Assembly (NCBI GenBank): GCA_965112155.1
Contig: OZ218104.1
Strand: one strand, 5' to 3'
DNA length: 64,000 bases
Source: Podarcis liolepis
Taxonomy: Eukaryota
Shown here: piece after piece, positions 35,101 to 47,100 of the stretch
How the letters are laid out: each line of letters starts with the position of its first letter
Numbering within the stretch: the stretch's first letter is position 1
Notes under the pieces: model-generated
What the model saw: only the letters and a program-made list of their open reading frames with translations
Databases searched by the model: none
What the model was told of the DNA's origin: nothing
Made by a program: the position numbers and the translations under genes

Positions 35101-38100
35101 CTGCCATTCACACACACTTGTTACAAAGTGTGTTCACATAGGCGTGAGGTGACTCTCCAGCCCCTTTCAAAAGCAATTCTTCTGCATCGGTCCAGCCTTG
35201 CATTTGTGAACGGGAGGCTTCCTTGCCCACAGTACTGAGGCAGTGGACAGACTTCCATTTGCTCAGCATCCATGCACTTCCATCACTGGATTGTGAAGCC
35301 ATACACACACAATGGTGTCAGCCACAACCCACATCTTTCCAGTAGTTTCTTGAGAAATACTGTATTTGATGGTGTTTTGATGGTGGCGTTGAGAAATTAT
35401 CTTGCTGGGGAACTTTAGGATTCCAACACAGAACTACATGCCAAAGAGTTCCCCGAGTAGAGGGAATGGCTATTAATCCAATTAAAAAACTACCATGTAG
35501 CTAATAAACTCCTTCTAGACAGCCACAGAAAGAAATGTGACAAGCTCAACACCTGCAACAGGATAGGAAGACATATTCTGGGAAGATGCGGTCACCACTT
35601 GAGATGTAAGACAAAATTGTTGTGGGGTGTGTGGTTTTGTTTTGTTTTGAGGAGAGGGCTTTTTCTGGACAAACATCAGTGGGTTTGTTCACACCAGAGT
35701 TTATTGTGTGTTTGCAGCTGTTTGCTTTCCCATTTAATTTGTATTATCCACATGATGTTATCCTCAAACACCAATCCTTTCCCAACACAGGGGGAATGTG
35801 ACGTTAGTGGAAATTGGGCTCCGAACTACTGCACTTGGAACTGCAAACTATTTATTTAGGGGTGGGTGGATCTATTTTCACTTTCTGCTACTCACCTTTT
35901 CATGCTCAGTACTATCTCAATACCATCATTTCTTTTCCAGCCATATTCTTAATTATTTTCACTGCACTCCCGAATGGTGTACAGCCGTGTGGTTTTTTCC
36001 CTTTTGATCTCTCAAATTTGCACAAAACCAGAAAACTGCACAAGCAAACCACACACACACACACACAAATCTGCACCAAATACTGAACAGAATTAATCTC
36101 AAAGTATGTGCTGAAAACATACAATTGTTTTCTTTTCTGGCACACTCCTGAATGGAGGAGTGTAGCCTTAGATATTTTCTTTTGATCCTTCAGATTTGCA
36201 CAAAGTCAGAAAACTACAAAACTGTGTGCTAAGAATTAAAAATTGCCTGCCCAGTTATCTGTACACATGCCCTGTCAGTATTTATTCGGCACAACTGAAT
36301 CAGCAAATTAGAAGGCAGGGAAAAACGCAAAAGGGAATGCTTACTGACATGAACAAGAAAGATAAAAGTTCTTCCTTACAGGCAAATTCATGTATATGCA
36401 GCTGTGGACTAATTCAAATGTGGGGAGGGGGGGGGGAGTGCATTAACAGCTCAATAATGCTCAGTTGTGGACAAACCCTATGATTAAGCCACTAAAGGAC
36501 TCAGCAGAGAATGGAAAGAAAGCTATACAAGAAATCTTAAGGATGATTTTCTTCATCGCTGCTGCCAGCTTCGAGGAGGAATGTTGCCATTGAATCTTGC
36601 TGGCTACTCTGATATGGTTCACATTGTAAAATAATGATATAACTAAAAGAATATATGAAATAAAATCTCATATCTGAGGCAGTCCCAAGAACAAGATGCC
36701 CAACAAACTTCAAGATTGGCTGGGTGGAGAACAGACCCCACAACAAATGAGGAACAAGGACAGCATAACCTGTAACTGTGCAGAAAGCAGGTAAGATGAG
36801 GTGCTTGGTCCTCCAGGGTCTTCCCCAGCACTGCTGCTGCTGGAGATGGAGATGGACATTCTGCGTGCAAAGCATGTGCTCTCCTGCTCCAGACACATGA
36901 AACTACCTGCTTGTAAGCCAGGCAGTGGATCCTCCTTGCTGCTCAGTGCTGCCTGCTCTGATTGGCAGCAAGGGCTCTGCTGAGTCTCTTTCCCAGTCCT
37001 GCAATCCAGCAGCTCACATCCAGCCCTCTACTCTTTAGCCCCTACATTTCCACTGACTTTCAGAAGTCATTCATGGAGCAAGATGTCAGCTTTGTAAGGA
37101 CATGGAAGGAATAGAGAGCCTGCATAATGCCAATGCAGTTGTGCGTGTTGCTCTCAGGTCAGACCTGGGCTGCCTGATCCAGGCTGGGGGCTTCTCCCAG
37201 ATTCTGAACTACAGTAGGCAGCAGCTACGGTTAGGCTATCAGTATTCATCAAATCCATAGACTTCATACTACCTGCCAACGGCAAGGGCGGATCCTGTGC
37301 CTTTAGAGGGGCCGCCCACCCATGATGTTTAACTTGGCTGAGCCCTCATCCCCCAGCACCCCAGTTCCTGATTCCTGGCCTGAAGTGCTGAGAGCCAGCG
37401 CTTCCTAGGCTAGAGCAGGAAGCTCTCACTCCTTTCTTCCCTCCTGGCAGAAGAGGAGAAAGTCTGTTCAACAAAGTATTGAGGCCTTGCGCTGGATGGA
37501 GCCTCGCTTTCAGGCTATGGGCAATTTTGTATAGACAGAAGCAGATACCGTCCACAGAGAATGTAGCTAGGTAGGCTCAGTACAGCTGCTACTGGGGGTG
37601 GGGGACCATGGGACAGAGATTTCTGCCCCATTCCCTCTCATTGATCAGCATGCCCCATGATGGATGGACAGGAGTGTTCCCTCCCCACCCCCTGCTCCGT
37701 TCATGCATCTGTAACAGCTACTGCAGGTAGTACGAAGCAGCGGTGTTAGTAACCGCAACAGTTAGTTGTGGCATGGTCAGTTTCCCCGATTCAGAGAGAA
37801 TTCAATGGATGTGAAACTTCATGGTCATCATCTCAGCTGCAGCCCCATGCAAGCAAGCAGAAAGCAAAGAGAGAGAGACATATATATATGTGTGTATATA
37901 TGTATATATATATAGTGAGATATATATAGATATATCATTTTAAATGGAAGAGAAACAGTCCAGCAGGCAGCTAAACTCACCCTTTTGTACCGCCTATGGT
38001 CCACCAGAGGGCTTCAGATGCGCAAAACGATAGCAAAGAGCTATTAGCATATAGATGGCAACAGGTAGACACCTTTTATTCAACAGCTTCAGATCAAGGA

Positions 38101-41100
38101 GGATAGGCAAGCTGCCTGCTCTGGGGAAGGGAGAGGGAGAGGAGAGGGTGGCCAAGGTGGGGGTGTCAGATCTCAGGGGCCAGCTTGCAACAACCTACGT
38201 GCTGGGAGGGTGGAGCTGGTTGAGTAGCACCATACAATATTGAGCAAAACCCAAATGCGGGTCTATTTTATTGGAGCTGGGTGGGAAGTAGCATTGAGGT
38301 TCCAAGACCCTCCTTCTCTGACTCAGAAGACTAGAACAAGTTTTCTTAGAAATACTATGTGATAATCAGAAAGAAGGTGTTCCTTAACTGTAACCCCAGA
38401 GATATGGTGGGCTACGAACGCAGCAAGAAGTATCCAAGCCGTTGTCAAAACCTTGTAGCCATCTTGGCCCACTGACCAAAACTCCACTTTCTTACCAAGG
38501 TTCAAATTAAGTAATGAAAATCTATTAATCAGAATTTTTATTCTGATTAACAACAGATTCAACAGAAAGGTGCTGGCCACTTTTCCAAAGGGCCCCCTTC
38601 CCTTTACTTCTTGATCCCAATATGCCATTTTGCCACCTGATGTGTTTTCTGCTGGAAAAAGCTAGTCATGCCTTATTACTTGTTTCAAAGCCAAACTAGT
38701 CATTTGCTGTGCACAGGATGTCAAGAAACACCAGCAGATGGGGCTACAGGTATGACATCTGGACTGCCAATTGATGACCTGCTAGCCCCTGGTGTACATC
38801 CTTAAAAGTGCTGTCAAGTTCAAAGCATATTCAGGGCTTATCCAAACTTCCTCTTGTTCCGCTGCTTTCCTCTGGGGAAAACTGCTCTTTAGCACTCAAT
38901 GGGAGTTCAATTTGGGTTTTCTCTGGACTGACGTTTGCTCTGATTTAGAGCTAGGCAGCGGGTTTTCCGTAGGAAAGGAGTGAGACAAGTGGAAGTGTTG
39001 ATGAGCCCTTGTAGTCAGGCTATCACAAGCTAAAGAGACCACGACTTTGCATTGTCATATCGCCATTTGTCCCTTCCATAAGAGTTTTTTTGGGGGTGGG
39101 GGGTGGGGAAGGTTTGCATCTCTCCCTCACATATAATGGGAAGAATGGTACAAAATACACAAACACAGAGGCCATTGTGGGAGCAATTCCTATAAACCTG
39201 AATGTTGCCAACTAATACATGGGCAGTGGTTATTTTGAAGGTAGTATATATTTGGAGCTCCAAAATCTTTTTTAAAAGTCTGTCAAGTAAAGGTTCTTTG
39301 AGTAAATGGAGCAGAGATGGCAATACAAGTGAATTAGTATCGAGTTAAACAACGAAAAACATCAGATGAGAAGGGTCTGCTGGATCAGGCCAGTGGCCCA
39401 TCTAGTCCAACATCCTATTCTCACAGCGGCCAACTGGATGGTTATGGGAAGTCTACAAGCAGGACTTAAAAGCAGTCTCCCCTCTTGCAGTTTTCTAGTA
39501 ACTTGTATTCAGAAGTATTACTGTCTCCAATTGGGGAGGCGGAGCATAACCGTACTGGCTATTAACCACTGATAGCCTTATCTTCCATGAATTTGTCCAA
39601 TCCTCTTTTTACGCCATCCAAATTTGTGGCCCTCAATGCCTCCCATGGGAACAAATTCCATAGTTTAATTATACACTGTCTGAAGGAGTACTTTCGTTTG
39701 TCTGTCCTGGATCCTCTAACATCCAGCTTCACTGGATGTCCACGTATTCTAGTGTTACAAGAGATGGTTATTACATCAAGATAATATTGGGGTCTTTTTG
39801 TTAGGACTAATAAGAATGGACCAAGCAAACCTTTGAATTCTCCAGAACTCTCTGTCCTATCCAGAGTAGACCCACTGAAGTTCATGGGCATGACTAAATT
39901 AAGGTTCATTAATTTACATGGGCTTACTCTAAAAAGAGCTTAGTTGGAATATCCCAAAGGCTGTACTGTTTGGGGGCTTCTTATTTTAGATAACAGAAGA
40001 GTAAGAAGTAGGTAGGGATGAGATGGGATGAAATTAGACAGGGTTTTTTCCTTCCTTCTCCTTCTCACAACAGTATAATTTGGGGTCGCTGTGAACTTGG
40101 TGGGCAGTAGATTCAGGACAGAAAAAGAAATTACTTTTGACACAGCATGTAGTTAGCTTGTGGAATCTGATTCTACCAAATGTGGCTTCAGTGGCTTTAA
40201 GAGGGGTTCAGGCAAATTCATGGGGGACGAAGAGGCCTGCATTACTGATTTCAATAATGGGTTGTATCTAATGCTAGTCCAACTCGGAGTGCACTCGTTG
40301 AAATTAAGGTAACAAATTGAGCCATGGCTATTAATTTCAATGGGTCTATTATGAGTAGGGCACAACTCAATAGTTTTAAAACTCATTTCCTCAGTTGTAT
40401 TTCCTGAAAAATGTGCACACTCATTAGTTGCTATAACCATTAAAGCATCTTGGTCTGAGACTGAAAAGTGCTTTTATGTACCACAAAACCTGCTGCTCTC
40501 TCTGTGCACAAGAAAAAAATAAATAATAGAATATGACTTGAAAACTAAGAAGGCCCCATTTCAGCTAGAAGGAGCTGGTAACAATATGATGCTACAGATT
40601 CAGCCCCACTGAGTTCAGTGGAGCTTACTTCTAACTAAGTGGGCATAGGATTGCAGACTCATTGTCTTGAGCAGCTTTGAACTGTTGCTGGGAGCCATGA
40701 AGGCATCATACAAAGGCCTGTCAACCTAAGACAGCTTCTGCACTTAAGTGACTTCCCACCACCCCAGCCCAAACTGCAGGTGAAGTGCACAATTGCAGCC
40801 TAGCAGCAATTCTACCTGAAGCTTGGCTGCCCATTCAAACCCCACAATCTTTGTCGGTTGCACTCATTTGCACTCTGCAGTTTCCAGCATCACCCAACTA
40901 GTCCTAAATCTGAAATGACATACTTTATCCTGGGTCATATGCAGAAAAGCTCTTAGTTCCCCTTCTGTTCCTTCTTAGCACATCCACCCAGTCACTTTCC
41001 TCTTGCCTCCCCTCCTCTTGCCTCCCCTCCTCATGTGCCAAACTCTGAAATTTCAGATGGCCTTTCTTCATTCTGAAGCAACAGGAGCACCCCCTCTACA

Positions 41101-44100
41101 CCCCACTGCTTGGACTGACAGTCCTCTTGGGATGGATCCCACAGAAGCATGTCCTATTGCCTTACCTGGGGGTACCACAGACTTACACTGTCCTGGGAGG
41201 GAAACACAGGGGGCTTTTTTGAACCTAAAAAAAATTTCTGCAGATATTGAGCCTGTCAGGAAAGGTGCTGGGTTCCTATTGACCATGCCCACATCAAAGC
41301 ATCAACCACACAATAAACTGCCAGGGCAGTTTAGTATCTGTTTTTTGAAATGATCATTAATATTTCTATGAGGTATAGGGAACCACTAATATAAATATAC
41401 AGTATACATCTGTATATGTTTAAAGGCAGGCAGCTCCCCTGAAGCATGTAAGAGGGTCCAAACCAAGAGCAGATCTAGCACTCAACAGTGATGTTATAAA
41501 ACCAGATTTACACTGCAGGCAAAGGTTCACGTGGCTGCAGCCAAGAGGGTTGTGCCTGCCTTTGCCTTCAGAGGCCCAAGTCAACTTCCCATGGACAACA
41601 TCCATGGACACTCATGATCCAACCAGGCTCCAATCCTCTGGGGAGCACCTGAACTTTGTTTCTTGGCACAACCATTTGCAGCCCCCCCATGTGATTGTCC
41701 GCACTACCTTCCAATCCTTGGTCTGTAGCCCCCAACTAGGTATCTTGGGGAGGGCACACCTAGAAACTGAACGCTGGTGATGTCTCACCTGTGGCGGCAG
41801 CGTCGTAAAAAACGCATGATCTTGCGAGCAGCTTGGTCCTGCTTCTTGGTGAGCAAGCTGCTTCTGCAAGAAAGGAAGGAAGGAAGAGAACATCAGGGTC
41901 CAGGAGTTACCAAGGAGGAAGTGGGGAGGGGAAAAGGCCATCTAAGTAAGTGGTAGTAGAGCATCTGCTTTCAATGCTGAAAGCTCAAGTTCAATCCCAG
42001 ACATCTCCAGTTAGGCTGGGAAAGACTCTCTCCCCCTTTCTGGAACCCTAGACAGCCTCTGCCAATCAGTGCAAACAATACTGAGCTATATGGACCAACT
42101 GCCTGCCTGTGGTATATAGAGCAGCTTAATGCTCCCATGAGGGAGACTGTCCAAGCTGATGTCTGTAAAAACTTTAGTGCTTTTACTCATAATAAGGGAG
42201 GCTGGCTGACAAAACACTCCATGGTTTTTTTGCTAGTTTCTTTTTATTTTGTCTGTTTTACTTTCTCTCTCTCTCTTCTTTCTTTTTTTGTTTTGTTTCT
42301 ATTCTTTGCTTTTATTCCTTTTCTTCTTTCTTTGGAGTCATATGTTTGGAGCCTTTATTAAGGTCCAAAGACTGTATACTGATGGGGTGGTCGATGGTCA
42401 GTGGAGGACCCTGGGTGAGAGAGAGTGAAAGGTCGGTCTCTCAGGGTGAGAAGCTGGGAGGAGAAAGGAAAGATCCCTGGTGAGAGCTGGGAGGAGCTGC
42501 TGTCCTCTGTGGGTGGTAAGGCTAACAATTAATTTTAAGTGAGGGCTCTGTATTTTACTTATTCAATTTGTATCTTTTGTAGTTGTAATTTTACTGTATT
42601 AGAGAAAATTTTAATATATTTATTTTTAGAAAGAACTATAAAAAACCAAAACACTTTATGAATATGGGCCTTCTTCCTACAAGGCTAGAATTATTCAGAC
42701 ACCTGCTTTGATGCATATTGATTCATTCTGTCCTTCGTGACTGAATGCCACCCTCCTGTTGTACTTACCGATCTTGCAGCCTCCTTGCATTAGAAAGCCC
42801 CCACCTATCTGAGCTGCCCTTTTGTCCCTTCACCCATCAGTTCCCCCTGCCTTTCTTAGCCCTTCCAATTGTGAGCTGGCAGGCACTCTGCGGTAACAGA
42901 TGCAGAATCGTGGCTTCTGAGAGAAATAATGTTTGTTCCTATGCATTTGCTTGATTCATCGGGGGGGGGGGAAGAATCTAGGTTTCCTTGGTGCATAATT
43001 TAGTCTTTTACTCAAGTGCATAAGCATCAATCTCTGCCTTACACCCCCTTCCTTCCATCCATCCATCCACTCTGCCTGGTATTGTCTGGCAAGTCAATGT
43101 GGGGGACTGCCTAAGATCCGTGAGGACTAGCCCTTGCCCTGTCTACCTTCTCCAGCATGCCCACCTCACCTGAGCTTCTGCTGCACGAGAGCAGCCGTCC
43201 TGCGACTTTGTCTCCTCTTCCCACATTCCTTGTAGCTGCGGTAGAACTGCTGGATTAGGACAGCAGCTCTCCGGCTCTGCTGGAATTTCTTCTGTTCGTA
43301 GTAGCTTCGGAATTTGCTCTGGATGAGGATGGCAGCTTGTATCATCTTTTTATAAAGTGCATACTGCAAGGGGAAGAGAGAGAAAGAGAGAGAGACAGAG
43401 GCTGAAGCACTCCCAAAGGCAAAAATAACAGTCACTCAGGGGAAAATCCAGAGATGGGCACAGAAGAATTTCACTGCGATAACAGAAAAAGTACCCTGCT
43501 GCTTTTACTAAGCAGGGCACATAAATTCTATTCCTTGTTACCCATAACCCCCCTCTCCTCCACTGGTTCTCCACACAAAGCAGCTCAATCCCTTGAGGAT
43601 GGGCAGCTGAATATGCAAAAAAGGCTCTGCCCTGAAAATGCAGAATGCATCTCAACGCAAGGTGTATCATCTGTGGCAGGCCTTCCACACCTGTTAGTCA
43701 TCTCTGGATGGTGCACATGTATGTTCCACAAACTGGAAGCTGACTAGACTGGGACTTTTAGGAAATATTAATGTTTCCCAATTAAGAGTGCTTTCCATGG
43801 ACAATGACAAAAATATTTCAATTACTCCTCAGAGTATGGGGGGAAATGTTTTTTTAAAAAAATCTAATCTGCTCTAAGACTTGGTTTCCATTTATTGTGC
43901 ACGTGTAAGAGACAGATAAAGCACACAAACCTGCACACTAGGCCAAATACTTTACCAATTTTCAACCTGATAGTGGGCTGGTTCAAACATCATGCTATGC
44001 AGTTGGTCATGTTTAACATGAATGGGCAGCATCCAGTGCAAGGGTGAACAACATTTCCAGCCCCGTGGGCCAGGCCCCCATGGACCAACTTTGACAGGTA

Positions 44101-47100
44101 GGTGAGGACAACCCACATGTCAATCAAATGATGTCATAATGATGTCATATGGGTTATCCCACTTGAACCGGGGAACCTGTGTACAAAGTGGTCTGCAAGC
44201 CCTGAGCAGCTGATCCAGCAGGCTTTCATTCTGTCACCCAACAGCTGATGCACAGGAGAACTGATGCCTGTTTTCCCTTGGCATTGTACAATTAGGGTTT
44301 CCAACCTGCCTGGAGCCAAGAGGAACAAGCCATGAGCCTTGGCTTAGTATTATGTGCAAACCAGCACCACACAGAAAAAGTGGGCTCTGTGCCTACTTGA
44401 CACACAAGGCTTGCCACCATGTTAGACTAGGCCAACGGTTGATCTAGCCCCTACTGTCTGACACATGGGTCAATGAATGGAGAAACTGGACAAGATGAAG
44501 CTGCCACTCCTTGTTTCCTGGACGCATAAGCTAGGAAGAGGGGGGTAGAGTGCCTCTAAACCAGCAAAGTGTACAGAACTGTTGGTGTTTGTGACTGAGG
44601 AATCTCTCCCCGCTGCTCTACCCTAACACACCGCCAAATTGTGCTTGAACCTCTCCCCCCAAATTGCCAAATCTGCACTGCTGCCAGATGATGTTCTCTC
44701 TCAATTCTCATAATCAAGGAAGCAAACTGGTATGTTCTCTATATGGGGAGCAGTTTAGGGGGTCACCACACTTGTAGGTGAAGGAAGAAGGTACTGGGAA
44801 AGAGGGGATAGGAGAGGACTCAGGCCCCCATTCTGGCCCATCCTTGGCAAATTCTGCATGCCTGTGAAATGGTAGGAATGGAAGGCCAGTGTGCCAAACT
44901 GGAGGTGGGCTTCCAGGGACCAGACAACTTCCCTGAATTTTCAGCTTTCATTTTTAAATTAAAAAGCACCTATCCCACTTCAATTATATAAACTTAAAGG
45001 AAAATGGGCAGGCTGTTTCTGAGCCAGTTTCTTTCCCTGCCATCCAGAGCTTTGGCCATTGAGTGCAAAAACATACAAACGAAAAAGCTAAGGAAATTAA
45101 ATTAGACTTCATGATTTTAACAACTTTAAATTTAACCTATTTAGCTACTTGTAGAAGTCCTTCCTTGCTTTGCAGTGATTTGCGGTCTCTCCCTCCGGCA
45201 TGCACCCCAAGTTTAACTCCCTCCCCAGCAAGTTCTGTGATGCCAGGCAAGGCCCTAAAAATGTGCCCCTTTCATAAGGGACAGGTTGCCATTCATAACA
45301 AAGCAGGACTGCTGGCATGCACGCTCCACAGCAGGATGCAACCCACGTGCTCTAGCAAAATGGACAGATCCTTTCCTTGGCTTGCAATGAAAGTGAAAAG
45401 CTCATGAGCCCAAATGCTGGGAGTTTTCAGTCATTACCTTCAAGGCTATCCAAGTAAGCTTGGGAGGGGGAGAAACAGAAAATACAAGATTAACGTTCAA
45501 CGGCCTGCCATGTCAGTCATCATCAGCACAGAGTGAGGGGCTCTGCCTCCTTAGGAGACCTGGGTGCCTCCAGAAGAGATTCTCTCAAAGCAAATGGGTG
45601 CTGCTGGAGGCCAACAGCCACATTCAGGTTCAACCACAACAGGGAGGGAGGAGGGTGTGAAGTTGCTGCTGCAGCAGCAATTCCCTGGGGAGTCCTGCTG
45701 TGGGGTCAATGTAAGATGGCTGGGAAAGGGCTCTTTGCTTGGGAGCCTGCAGAGTTGAGCAGAGTTGAGTTTTTGTTTCCTGCTTGGCAGGGGGTTGGAC
45801 TCGATGGCCCTTGTGGTCTCTTCCAACTCTATGATTCTATGATTCTACCAATTTCCTCAGAAAAAGCTCTGCCATTGGTGGTTGAGAACTCAGCCTAAAT
45901 ATGTGGGCCACTGCCAAGCCTCTGAAGGAAGCCATTCCTCAGCTTTTGTTTTTAGAGATTCTCTCTCTCTCCTGCCTTGAAAGTTAAACACCACAGCAAT
46001 ACCCCAACTTTATTGGCTATTGGGGACTGCTGCAGCAACGTAACATGGAAATAAACCAGCTCTCACCCTCTCTCTGTGGTGAACCTCAAGCAAAATCAGT
46101 GGTTGACAATGGCTAGAGTGCTGTGCACACTGAGTAGATATCTTTAGAGTCCTCCTCCTAACCTCTGCTGCTCTACATTATGACACCACAGCATGAAGCA
46201 TGGCAGTTTGGAAACAAAAGTAGGTTGCTGGCGGCTACAGTAAATACAGCTACATACTTGATGTATGCAACACCTAAAAAAACTACCAGAACCTCAGGGC
46301 TTCAAGGCAAAAAAGGGCCATCAACGTGTGTTCGAAACTGTTCCTGGGCTGTTCAGATGGCAAGGTGGGGTGAAGATTGCTGAACTGAATGGGGTTGGGG
46401 ATTAGCATGTCAGACAGATGGCTGGGATAGAATATTTCCCCCTGATAGCAGATTTCCTAAAGTCCTTCTTATACATTCCTTTCCACATAAAGAGGGCCCT
46501 GTCCTCCCTCACAACCTATCTGGCCCATTAGCTCCCATACCTTGCCACCACCTTGAATCTGTACATTTACTCAAATACAGAAAAAATGCAAGTTAAGCTT
46601 CCATGCACATATTTACAGAAGTTTGACTCAACACATTGATCTGGGGGATTACTCTGAGACTTCAGGTGGAGAGGAAAGGATGAACAGGACTGAGGTCTAA
46701 CAAACTTTTTTTAAAGGTGTCATGCTATTGATTCCCACCCCAACCTGTCATCTGAAATGGTGCTGAAATTGTTTGACCATGCAATGAGCTGTTGGATCAG
46801 AGGGCCTCTCTCTTTGGGATGCTTCATTTTTTCACAAGAGGTGTGAGGCAAAGGAAGCAGGAGTAATCCAGGCTCCTTCACTTGTGGAGGCTGAAAATTG
46901 GGCACACTCCATCTTTGAAACTTCTGAAGTAGCTCTCTGCTGAGTTATAAGAAACAAAGCAGTCCAGGGTGGCTTCTCACACTTGCCTGGTGGTACCAAT
47001 ATAAAGCCATCTGCAGCTCACCTGTTTGTATTTCCGGTAACAACGCTGAATGACAGCAGCGGCCACTTCCTGTTGCTCCCGGAGGGGGCGTCCCTGCAAG

